A stretch of 64,000 nucleotides of DNA, from NCBI GenBank assembly GCA_043228905.1, contig JBHGNT010000004.1, forward strand, positions 11,656,001 through 11,720,000. Direction: 5' to 3'. How positions within the stretch are numbered: position 1 is the stretch's first letter; each line of letters opens with the position of its first letter. Under the pieces are notes generated by a model. It was not told where the DNA came from. It searched no databases and saw only the letters and a list, made by a program, of their open reading frames with translations. Shown here piece after piece: positions 24,501-36,185 of the stretch. Position numbers and translations under genes: made by a program. The DNA comes from Azolla caroliniana (lineage: Eukaryota > Plantae > Polypodiophyta).

Positions 24501-26974
24501 AGTTCGGCTAGAAGGCTTTCCAGAGTCGAGATATTATCTTCATGGAGAACAAGACTCTTGCCAACTAGGAGTTGGAGAAGAAGATAATGAACTCCGAGTC
24601 GACCGGTAAGGATCGGTTCGATGAGATTCGGACCTACCCGGCTAAGAGTCGGTTGACATTCGAAGAACCAGTTGGTTACGGTGAGGATACCGAACCGGCA
24701 GAAGAAGGAGAGGAAGCTGAAACCAGAATCGGACAAGACCCCGAATCGGATTCGGATGAAGAAAAGACACAGGAGCCGGTTACTGGAAACCGAGGATGGA
24801 GATATCCTCTCCAGGAAAGAAGAGCCCCCCGGAGATTTCTGGATACAAAGCATGTGTTGTTGACTGATGAGGGGGAGCTGGAAAGCTTCGAAGAAGTGAA
24901 GGATGACACCCATAGCCGCAAGTGGTTAAGTGCCATGCAAGACAAGATGGATTCCCTGCATGAGAACCACACGTATAATTGGTGGAGTTGCCAAAAGGAA
25001 AGAGGGCACTCTGAAACAAGTGGGTGTACAAGCTGAAACCGGGAGATGCCGGAAACCCCCCGAGATACAAAACCAGGATCGTGGTGAAGGGGTTCCAGCA
25101 AAAGAAGGGTGTGGACTTCGATGAGATATTTTCCCCAGTAGTAAAGATGACCTCCATCCAGACCGTGTTGAGCATAGAGGCAAGCATGGACCTCGAAGTA
25201 GAGCAGTTAGACGTGAAGACGGCGTTCCTCCATGGCGACCTCGAAGAGGAGATCTACATGCAGCAACCGGAGGGATTTGCGAAGAAAGGGAAGGAGCACC
25301 TGGTTTTCCAGTTGAAGAAGAGCCTCTACGGTTTGAAGTAGGCTCCCCAACAATGGTACCGGAAGTTCGAGTCCTTCATGACCGATCAAGGGTACCACAA
25401 GATGCAGGCTGATCATTGCGTATTTGTGAAGAAGTTCGAAGGTGGAGACTTCCTGATACTCCTCCTATACGTGGACGACATGTTGATCATCGGATGAGAC
25501 CAAGTCAAGATATGGATGCTGAAGAAGGCCCTGAACCGGACCTTCTCAATGAAAGACTTGGGTCCAGCAAGACAAATACTAGGGATGCATATAATCCAGG
25601 ACCGGTCAACATGTTAGATACGAACCCGGTCGGATCGACACTCCCGACAAACTACGGGTTATCCGGTAAGCAAAGCCCGAAGACGAAGGCAGAGAAGGTA
25701 GATATGATGAAGATATCATATGGCTCTACCGTCGGGAGCTTAATGTACGCAATGGTGTGTACCCGACCGGATATCGGATATGTAGTCGGAGTGGTGAGCC
25801 GGTTTATGAGCAATCCCGGCAAGGAGCACTGGAATGCGGTAAAATGGATACTCTGGTACTTGAAAGGCACCTCAAGTATGTGTCTCCGATTCGGCTCCGG
25901 TAAACCCCAACTTGACGGTTTCACCGATTCAAATATGTCGGCTGATGCAGATACCAGCCGGTCAACATCGGGATATGTTATGACATATGCAGGGGGAGCT
26001 ATTTCGTGGCAGTCGAGGCTGTAGAAGAAGGTTGCGTTGTCAACCACGGAAGCAGAGTACATGGTGGCTGTGGAAGCCGGCAAGGAAATATTATGGATGA
26101 AGGACTTCATCGAACAGCTATGGATCCATCAAGAGGAATATCGGCTCTATTGGGACAGTCAAAGTGGCATCCACCTTGCGAAGAACGCGGCGTATCATTC
26201 CAGGACGAAGCACATCTAGCGCAGGTACCACTAGATCCGGGAGTGAGTAGAAGATCAGGAGTATGTGTTGACGAAAATCCACACGGAGGAGAATGGATCA
26301 GATATGTTGACCAAGGTGTTGACGCCCGACAAGTTGGACGCATGCCGGAAGCGAATTGGACTAACCAGACATCCCATGCCAGAGTGAAGGTGGAGTTTGT
26401 TAGGATCTCGGTCCCTTTGGATGGGATGATGAAGTCCCGATGAGAACCAGATGATGCAAACCCGATGAGAACCAGATGACGAGTACCCGGTAAGGAAGAC
26501 CCGGTGAGAACCTCTCATCGGATGAAGGGACATAGATGTAAATATGTTTCTGTTCGCCCATTGTGGCTATATTTGTAAATAGCCCGAAAGTCATATTAGT
26601 ATAAATATGACCTAGGGCAAACATAATTGTGGTGTTGGTCATTTTTGGTGTAACAACTGTACAGAGCGTAATAGAGGGAAAGAGAGAGACAGAGACATGG
26701 ACAGAGTGAGTCTCTACTGTAACCGCCGCCAGGTGAAGATTGTGAGCACGAGGTCGTTGCCTCTGTGTTCCCTTGTTGTATTCTCCTTACATAGTGATAG
26801 TTCGGAGTCTGTGGGCTCCCGTGGTTTTTCCCGTTTAGGGTTTCCACGTTAACATCCTGTGCATTCTCTTCTGTTTGTGTACTTACTTCCATTTCTCATT
26901 TCTTCTGTGTTTGATTATCATTAAGTGATCTACGTCTCGGTTGTGGCCGAAGATTATTCCACATATTTTCTATA
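21565..26974 (+). mobile_element. Two-LTR degenerate Ty1/copia element E (Tnt1/Tork-like)
   Basis: LTRs 21565-22131 and 26398-26974; TSD AGAAG; PBS TTGTATCAGAGC; gag-PR-IN-RT-RH motifs (QLDVKTAFLHG, YVDD, STTEAEY). Confidence 0.96.
22004..22653 (+). repeat. 325-bp tandem duplication of U5-PBS-gag start in E
   Basis: Units 22004-22328 and 22329-22653; ORF track entries repeat at +325. Confidence 0.95.
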
Positions 26975-27214
26975 AGAAGTTCTTTGGTGTTTTAGTTCAA
27001 TTTGGAGTTTATCCCTTTTGTATTGACTTGATAGTGGAATATTATAACATTCTTATCTCTTTCTCATCTTCTCTACCTTTTGTCTTAAAATCTTCAATCT
27101 CCCTCTCTAATTCGTAGTTACCTTGATCTATAAAAATTATTATATTTCACAACTCCATCTAATCGGTTTGATCAAGCCGTCATATTGTGTACGACTATCA
27201 TTTGTCTTATACAC

Positions 27215-29562
27215 TCTATCAATCATTCCGACTCAGTCTTTCATTCAGCCCACTTAGCCGGAATGAGATCAGACTCTCCCCTAGAGCGTTGATATCCTCT
27301 TCATCTTCTTCTTCCCGAATCAAGTCGTTCACTGGCCTCATCCTCAAGGATCAGGTGGTCGGAGTTGTCGGAGGTCGGAGTCGAAGTCGGTAAAGAGTAC
27401 CATGATGCCGACTCATCGAATTCGACATCTCGATTCGCTCGGACTTCTTTTGTTCGGCGGTTATAACATTTATACCCCTTCTGCTCATGTGAGTAGCTGA
27501 CCAATATGCATTTCTCCGACTTCGGGTCCAGCGTCCTTCACTTCTCATCGGGAACATCACATAGGCTATACTACTGAATACCCTGAGGTGTCTTTAAGTT
27601 CGGCTTCCGCCCAAAATACAACTTGTGTGCCGACATCTTCTCCCCGATCTGATTTTGGATGTAGACTGCAGTTCAAACCGTGTTGGCCCAATAGAATTTG
27701 GGCATGCTCTTCTTCTCCAGCATCGCCCTTGCCGCTTCCAAAATTGATCGATTCGTCCTCTCGGCTACGCCGTTTTGCTCTGGCGTATATCTATAGTTGA
27801 ATTCTCTCTGAATTCCCATCTGCTACAAATAATAGTTGAATTGGCCGGAAAAGTATTCTTTTCCACCATCCAACCACGGGAACTTTATCTTCCTCTCCGT
27901 TTCTCTTTCAACAAGGCTTTTAAGGTTCCGGAAACAGTTGAAGACTTCACTCTTCTTTTCAATGTGGTAGATCCACGTGTGCCGGATGTAGTCTTCAATG
28001 AAGGAGATGAAACATTGACCCCCACCGAGAACTCACATTCTGTGTGAGTCCCCATACATCCGAATGTATCAAATCGAGCTTGTTTTGGCTCTAGTTTCGC
28101 TCGTTGGGGAATGGAAGTCGGCGTTGCTTCCAAGCTAGCAGGCTTCACAAATTTGGGCCTTCTGGTCACTGAATTTCTGCAATCCTAATACCACTTGTTT
28201 CGATTGCAGATCTTGAAGCCTCTGGTAGTTTACATCGTCGATTTTCTTGTGCCATAAGTCGATATCCAATTCGACTTTTTGTCCCTTTGCAAACAAAGTG
28301 GTGCCAACGTTTTTGGTGTCGAGGATGAACATCCTCCCTTCTTGGCACCCTTGCGCAATAATCTGGCCCTCTTCCTTGATGAAGCACCCGAGATGTGTGA
28401 ATCGAACTTGCTTTCCTTGGTCGACGATCTGGCTGACCGACACTAGGTTCTTTGTTATTGTTGAGATGTGTAGCATGTTCATCAATCTCCCCTTCTGTTC
28501 AACATGACTTAAGGGGACTTCACTGACATGTTCTTTGTTATTGTCGAGACGTGTAGCACGTTCATAAATCTCCCCTTCTGTTCGACATGACTTAAGGGAA
28601 TTTCACCGACATGTTCGATCAATTGCAGAGGTCGTCTCTGGTTTTGACCACTCTAGGTTGCTCCAGTTTCTGTAGATATGAGAACCATTCTTCATGGCTT
28701 GTCATATGATTTGATGCTCCGGAGTCAACGTACCACACCTAATCCGATCATGAGGTGGTCTTCTTCATCATGTTCGCCTTGTGTTTCATCACGAAGGTTG
28801 GCCCTTTTCCAATTTTTTCGGTTCCAGATCCTTTTGATCCTTCAGCTAGTGCGATTTTTGTTGATTTCCATGTTTGTCTTTGTCGGGCTGAATCGGCACA
28901 CTTCTTCCAGCACTCGCTCTATCGGTGGCCTTTCTTGTCGCAATACCAGCATTCCATTTCAGCCTTGACTCCCCCTGCTTATGGAGGGTTCGAAACTGCT
29001 ATCGGCACCATTTATGTACCTTCTTTCTTGCTTTTGTCGGCCGCCACTATTGCATGCCGATGCACCTCGTCCGCTACGCCCATGGTGCCGATCCACCTCC
29101 ATGTACAACATCCGTTGTCCAATTCACTGGTCCTCGCCCCACCCGCGTGGTTTTCTTCGACCATCAACATAGATCAAGTCGAAGAAGGATGATGGCTTCT
29201 CTTGGGTGCATATCATCGTCCGGATTGGCTCGTACCTCTACGCTAGACCACCGATGCAGATCTGCACCATCTCGTCTTCGTCCACCGTCACGTTGATGGA
29301 CCCTAGTGCATTGTAGATCTACTTTATATTGGTGGTGTAATTGGTGACTAACATGTCCCTTTGCCGGATGTTGTTGAGCTCTTGCCGGAGCCACAACTTT
29401 CGGGTCGTGGTACTGGCGGCGAAAATCCTTTTGAGATTTTCCTTGGCTTCCTTCAGCGTTTTCACATTGATAATATAACCGAGAATCTGATCGTGCACAC
29501 AAGTCGCGAGGCAATACAACAATCTATTTGTTGCTTGTTCCCATACCGGGAAGTCCTTGTTT
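27215..29562 (-). mobile_element. Degenerate Ty1/copia element F, gag-to-integrase part (5' part lies at 60386-60797)
   Basis: gag NKDFPVWEQ..RQELNN; GAG-pre-integrase LWHKK..ICEAC; integrase tail VSYSHEQKGYKCYN; 83-bp duplication at about 28447-28612. Confidence 0.88.
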
Positions 29563-30761
29563 ATCATTGTAATATTCTTTGTATTACAATGTATGGCTTA
29601 ATGGTAAGGCTTCAAGACTACTCGCCCATGCGATAAATTGGACTATCAACAATTCGGTCATTTCCATATTATCGGAAAAATAAATGATGTCGTTTTTCGT
29701 CTCGATCTAACTCCGCAACTACAGATACATCCGGTGTCGTGAAGATTTCCGACTACGGTGAGAAAACCGGGAGGGACAAATAAAATGGGGATGTGCAACA
29801 TTGCACATGCACTTGTAAATTTGTATAATGAGAATAAGATAACAAAGTGTAAAGTGAAGGGTAATAATGTAAGGTGCTAAAGGTGCACCACAAAGTTCAT
29901 TGAGGCATAAAGGTGATGTGTACTTTGTAGGCTAGAGAGAGGTACATGAAGAATGAGTGTAGGGAGTAGTGGGCATTGAGTATGATGGCAAGAGGGGAGG
30001 GAGTTAAGACCCATCAATTTCACCCCCCCCAAGATCGAGGTCAAATATTCTCCTTTGAAAGAAAGGGGATTTGACCACTCCCTTTGTATTGTGCCTCACC
30101 CCTTACTACTATAAAAGGGAGTGAGGGGTCACTTGTGAAGGGGTTGCCTATTTTTTAGTGTGAAAGGTATACCACACTTATCCGGTTAGGGTTTCTTGTA
30201 GTCGTTGGGTTTTGTCCTATGCCGCCATGGTTGTATTCGTTTGTGTTTTCTTAATATAACTTGTTGAGTATTTTGCCTCCATCCATCTCTTGTTCAATCT
30301 TCATGTCATATTCATTCTCCTCTCCTCTTGAGCTAAGCTTCTTTCTTGTGTCTTATTCCTTCTCCTCAACTCCCTAGTCCAAGGCCCCCATGGTCCCGCC
30401 TCGGATCCTACACGTACTTGCGGAATACCGCGACACCGGTTTTTCATAGTTCTCTTATCGAACCGTATCAAGACAACACTATTCCGAATCGTATTACACA
30501 ACCTCCTCCCCCGATCGAGCTTGAAGTAGGCCCAAAGTATGAAATAGTTTCCATCCTCGATTCCAAGATTGTTCGCAACAAGCTCTACTATTTGGTCAAT
30601 TGGCTTGGCTATGGTCCAAGCGAGCATACTTGGGAACCAGTCGAGAATGTGGTAAATGCTTGAGCTCTTGTTGAGAACTTTCATCAGCAATATCCCGACA
30701 AGCCAAGTCCTCCATCTAAGAAGACTCATAACACTCGTCGTCTTAAAGGGGGGGGGGGGGA
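29563..30761 (+). mobile_element. Chromovirus patchwork G, left part (inverted LTR bit, integrase tail, chromodomain, PPT)
   Basis: KTTRPCDKLDY..HPVFH..YEIVSILDSK..TWEPVENV, closely similar to element B; G-run PPT at 30748-30760. Confidence 0.85.
29735..30435 (+). mobile_element. Solo LTR of a C-like gypsy, 701 bp, with 4-bp TSD CCGG
   Basis: TGTCG...CGACA; TATA near 30110; removing the LTR plus one CCGG restores H-P-V-F-H. Confidence 0.92.
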
Positions 30762-33700
30762 GGTTGAATACGGGTTTCTAATGGACGTATTCACATTGTC
30801 TCCTTTTTTAACACACTACACTTAGGCTACTTATGTAAATAGTGAGGAGGGCAGTTGCCCTAAGTTGGTCAGTATATAAACTGACTTTGTAACCTAGTTA
30901 CTTTTTTGGTTGCTCATTTTGTAAAAGTTGTAATAAACTTCCTTGACGTTGGGCCTACCTGTCTTTGACTCTCTCTCTTGCGTACGAGTTGTTTTCTTTT
31001 CTGTCTTTCCTACTATCAAAGCTAGGATCTTGCATCCATTTACGATCTTATCCTAGAAGAGTGTTGATCTTGTTCTGCATTAGAAGACAGCGTTCCCAAC
31101 ATTTGGTATCAGAGCTTGGTCTTCTATTTGATTCGGTTGTCGCCTTCTATTTAGTCTCCATCAACAACTCTCCTTTGTGTATCTTGAAGATCTTAGCTGA
31201 TCTCGAAAGGCAACCTACAACAAGATTGTTCTTCACAAAGAGAAACGTGACAAAGTCGGCACTCCATTGTTCTAGATCACTATTGGTTCTGTGATCGTAG
31301 CCGCTCGAAGTGGGACTTCTATCTTGACTAGGCCAATTCGTTGCTTCGCTCAACCAGGCGGAAATCAAATAAGTCATCTGATACTACTCTCCTATACGTT
31401 GTAGTCACTTGAAGCAAACATGACTCCACGGGCAACCCCAATCTGTGTTTCATTCGACTGAACGACATTTGGGACGACCAGTCAGATCTGTCCCTCTCAT
31501 TGTTGCAGTTAACCGAAACAGGATCATCCTGGAGTATTGCATATAATCCGTGTTGAGAAATTTCAGAAAAATCGAATCATCAAATCCGGGTTCAGCTCGA
31601 CTAAGTCAGCTGACAGTAGTCACTCCAAACAGGATTCATCGATATTCATAATTGACACAACCTGTGTTCAACTTCGGCTAGATCGACATCGAGTGAGCTA
31701 GGCTGCTACACTCCACCACAGCTTGTAGCTAACTCCGAACAAAGTCTATTATACCAACACAGATGGCTTCAACATTCGGCTTGTCAGAGATGAGCCTACG
31801 AAAGTTCGACAGATCGAACTTCAACTTCTGGAAGGAGCAGATGCAAGACTATCTAATAGTCAAGGGGCAAATTGACCCCATTGAGAATGAAGATCCTCCA
31901 AAAGTATAGAAGTCGCTTGAATGAGAAAAGCTCAACAGAATCGTCCGAGCCACCATTCGGATGCACCTATCGGAGTCTGTGTACTTCACGGTGTGCAATC
32001 ATGTTCGACTACCTTCCAGCTATAGAAGACACTTTCGAACACTTACGAAAAGACGGTCACCACCATCAAGATATACCCTATTCGGTGCCTTTATAACCTT
32101 CGGATGAAAGAGTCCAACTCGGTGCAGGCACACCTGAATGAGTACAAAAGCTTAAGCCAAGGGACAATTATCGAGGATGAACTAAAAGCAATGTTGCTCA
32201 AGAGTAGTCTCCCTCCCTCGTGGGAAACTTTTGTTACAACCGTGTGCAATGTGTCGACAGCTGCAGTTAAGTACTCCTTAGTTGCGAGTGCAATTCTGAC
32301 TGAAGCAACTCAGAGAAAATAGTTTGCTAACAATTCAGCCAACAACGCTTACGTAGTACAAGGTTCGACCGACCGATCGAATAGCCATGGAAGAAGTTCT
32401 TCACGGCAGCTGAATAATCAACGAAGTCGGAGCAAGTCCCAGGATAATCAAGTCTACAACTACTCCAAGAAACCCGGACACATCAAAGCCGATTGTCGTG
32501 CACTCAAGGCCAAAAACAATAAGGCTCAGCAAGCCGAGCAGAAGAGTGGCTCACACGAGGAGATCAACCGCATCGGCTCTTCGGCTGAAGTATTGACAAA
32601 CGACCCGAATATACTATCAATTGAGAACTATCACAAGTTTTACGTACAATTGAAGAATCGAGCACGTGGCTCTTAGATTCGGGTGCACCCTTTCATGTGA
32701 CTCCTCATCGATCCCAATGTTGGCAATACACGGCCCAACATTCCGACTAAGTTTGGGTAGAAAATTCGCAACATTGCGACATAATTGGAATCAGCATGGT
32801 AGAGCTCAACCTTGCGGGTGGCTCTACATTAGTACTACACATGTCTGACATGTACCTGAGCTCTCATGACCATTGATCTCAGTCAGACAATTGCATGAAG
32901 ATGGCATCCGTGTTGGCTTCTCATCAGGAGGGTGGACGTTCCACAAAGGGAACCTCCTGGTTGCTCGAGGACCGAAGATACACTCATTGTATCCTTTGCA
33001 CGTCACACTCGGAGAGGGTGACCTATTTTTGGTTGACATTCCCGTGTCATCACTCTGGCACGGATAACTCGGACACCTCAGCAAGGCCAGCATCACGCAC
33101 TTATCCAGAGCTGGATACATCCCCAAATTCTCCTTCTCAGATCATCAATTCTGCGAGCATTGCCAATACGACAAACAGACTGCCGCGACACACCTGACAT
33201 TTGCCCCGAGAGAATTGAGTTCACTCGATTTGGTCCACTCAAATGTATCTGGTCCTATGCCACATCAATGCCTCGGCAACGCTCTGTATTTTGTCAGCTT
33301 CATTGATGACTTGACTCGGAAGGTGTGGGCCTATCCGGTCAAAACCAAAGATCGTGTTTTCTCGATCTTTTCCGATTGGCTCACCATGGTTGAGAATCAA
33401 TCCGGCCGAAAACTAAAAAGCTTTCGGTTCAATAACATGGGAGAGTTCAAATTAGAGGAATTCGTCAAATTTTGCCAACATCGTGGCATTAGACGTGAAT
33501 TTACGGCACCCCACAGTCCAGAGCAGAATGGATTTGCCGAGCGAATGAATCAAACACTTAAGAAAGGATAGTTTCCATGCTTCAACACTCTGGACTATCG
33601 GATGGCTTCTAGGCAGAGGCCCTACTTACAATAGTACACACAATCAATATGTCGCCGAGTAGGACTCTAGGACTTCGGATCCCTCAGGAACTATGGATCG

Positions 33701-35266
33701 GCAATAAGCCAAACTACGACAAGTTGAGGATTTTCGGATGTGAGGCGTACCCCCTCATCCTGAAAGATGATCACCGCAAACTGGCACCAAGGTCCAGGAA
33801 ATGTATTTTCCTCAGTTATGGAACAGATGGCAAAATGGGATACCGACTTGGGGACCCCGAACACAGATAGATCGTCCAAAGTTTAGACGTCGTTGTGTTC
33901 AATGAGTCAGCCATGCATCAATCGCTCGAAAAACCAATCGAAGTCCGAAGGGTAATTTTTTCTGATGTGCCAACCCTTCACGAAGGCCCACTGCACAACA
34001 CATGGTCAGCATCACGGGTAGCTAAACCATTTAACACCAACTCAGAGAATTTTGACTCAGCACAGCCAAACGATTCGGCTTTGGACAATCTGACCACGAC
34101 ACCCGATGTGACTAGTCCAGTCATACCTCGAAGATCCGAGAGACTGTTGCAACCCCCGGAGAGGAACTTTCCTGGCATCTTCTTTACGGATGCTGGAGAA
34201 TCGACATCATACGAAGAAGCATCAGCATCAGCCGATTTGGCCTCCTCGCATCTACCAATGGAGTTCGAAATGAACTCCATTCTTGCAAATAAGACTTGGG
34301 ACTTGGTCGAATTACCAAAAAATCGACGTGCTCTTCCGTGCAAGTGGGTCTATCGAATTAAGGAGACGTTCGATTTGGCCAACCCAAAATTCAAAGCCAG
34401 ATTAGTAGCAAAGGGTTTTAGACAGGAACACGGTGTCGATTTCAATGAAATCTTTTCGCCCGTGGTGAAGATGACAACCCTTCGATTCATGCTCGGCGTA
34501 GTGGCAACCAAAACTTTGGAGCTGATTCAACTAGATGTCAAAATGGCTTTCCTCCATGGTGATCTTGAGGAAATTTATATGGAGCAGCAGCTGAAAGGCT
34601 TTGTGGCATCCGGCCAAGAACATCTAGTCTGCCGACTCAGGAAGAGTCTTGACGGCCTAAAACAGGCACCATAACAGTGGTACAAGAAGTTCGACGACTT
34701 CATCCAATCGATCGGCTTCTCAAAGAGTGGTGAGGACCACTGTCTCTTCACAAAAACAGCTCGAGATGGGTCACCCATCTTCCTCATCATCTACGTAGAC
34801 GACATGCTAATCTCTGGACGCCATGCTGGTGAACTAGCCGAACTCATTCGGCAACTGCGGTTGAAGTTTGCCATGAAGGATCTCTCCGGCACGACACATT
34901 CTATCATGAACATTGACTCGAATGTGAACCTTAGGCCCTTGTATATATATTTCTCCTAGATAAACTTTAGACTTCAAACCTTTGTATAAAGAGTGGTATG
35001 TAAGACCTAGTATGTAAGACTCAGTATGTAAGACTTGGCATGCAAGAATTAGTATGCTTAATATTATAGTATGTAAGACTTGGCATGAGCATGCTTATCA
35101 TGCATCACTACATGTATAAAAAGGGTTGATCTCCCTTGTTAACATCAAGGAGATCAACACCAGTCATGGAATAGATAATTTCGTACTCATTGTCATCAAC
35201 TTATCCATCTCTCTATCTCATCAATTTACCCATCTCTTTGTCTTCCAATTGTTCATCCGTGACAGA

Positions 35267-35277
35267 TTGATCTCCTT
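35267..35277 (+). promoter_or_regulatory. Self-priming PBS of J (no tRNA PBS)
   Basis: TTGATCTCCTT is the exact complement of AAGGAGATCAA (35147-35157), 32 nt after the TATA at 35115. Confidence 0.8.
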
Positions 35278-35756
35278 CTTTCCTTCTTTCTTAATACACT
35301 ATCATGTCACAATGATCTAGTAATCTTGAGCAAATTTTGGCAGTCGTGCAACAACTCCAACATGAAAATGCAAACTTGCGAAACTCTATTCAAGAACTTC
35401 AGGCAGCCACATTGGTTATACCTCACTTAATTGTTGATCCTTATGTTGTAGAACCCAATGTCAGCTTGCTAGAAAAATTCGATGGAACAAGGTCATGGCT
35501 AAGAGGTTTCATCAACCAAATCCGCCTTATTATTCATCTTCAACCCCGGCGCTATTCTGATGACTTTCGACAAGTTGGGCTCATCGGCACGTTGCTGACA
35601 AGACAAGCACAAGCTTGGTTTGCCCCTCTAGTGGAGACCTCTTCACCTCTCTTGAATGACTTCCAAGAATTTCTTACCAAATTTGAGGCAACTTTTGGGG
35701 AGACCGACAAACGATGAGCCGCACTCAACAAATAATATGTTGGGAGACAGGTCCCT

Positions 35757-36185
35757 TTGGATGGTGTAGACCTCGTGAGAACCGGATGAGGAGTACCCGG
35801 CTACGGAGAGCCGGATGGTGCAGACCCGGTGAGAACCGGATGACGAGTACCTAGCTACGAAGAGCCGGATGGTGTAGACCCGGTGAGAACCGGATGAGGA
35901 GAACCCGGCTACAGAGAGCCGGATGGTGCAGACCCGGTGAGAACCGGATGAGGAGTACTCGGCTACGGAGAGCCCGATGGTGCAGACCCTGTGAGAACCG
36001 GATGACGAGTACCTGGCTACGAAGAGCCAGATGGTGTAGACCCGGTGAGAACTGGATGAGGAGAACCCGGCTACGGAGAGCCGGATGGTGCAGACCCGGT
36101 GAGAACCGGATGAGGAGAACCCGGCTACGGAGAGCCAGATGGTGCAGACCCAGTGAGAACCGGATGACGAGTACCCGGAAACGGA
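35757..36185 (+). repeat. 54-bp tandem array (about 8 units) in the 5' LTR of K
   Basis: Unit ccggatggtgcagacccggtgagaaccggatgaggagtacccggctacggagag. Confidence 0.95.

Noticed and set aside
20435-29562. D and F as two parts of one copia element
   Set aside because: Both contain the same gag segment, and F has its own 5' end at 60386-60797.
30748-30760. Poly-G tract as an independent regulatory element
   Set aside because: It is the PPT of G, split by the insertion of H and continued at 59621-59628.
35757-36185. Regular repeats resembling a CRISPR array
   Set aside because: Head-to-tail 54-bp units with no unique spacers, inside copia LTRs, with no cas genes.
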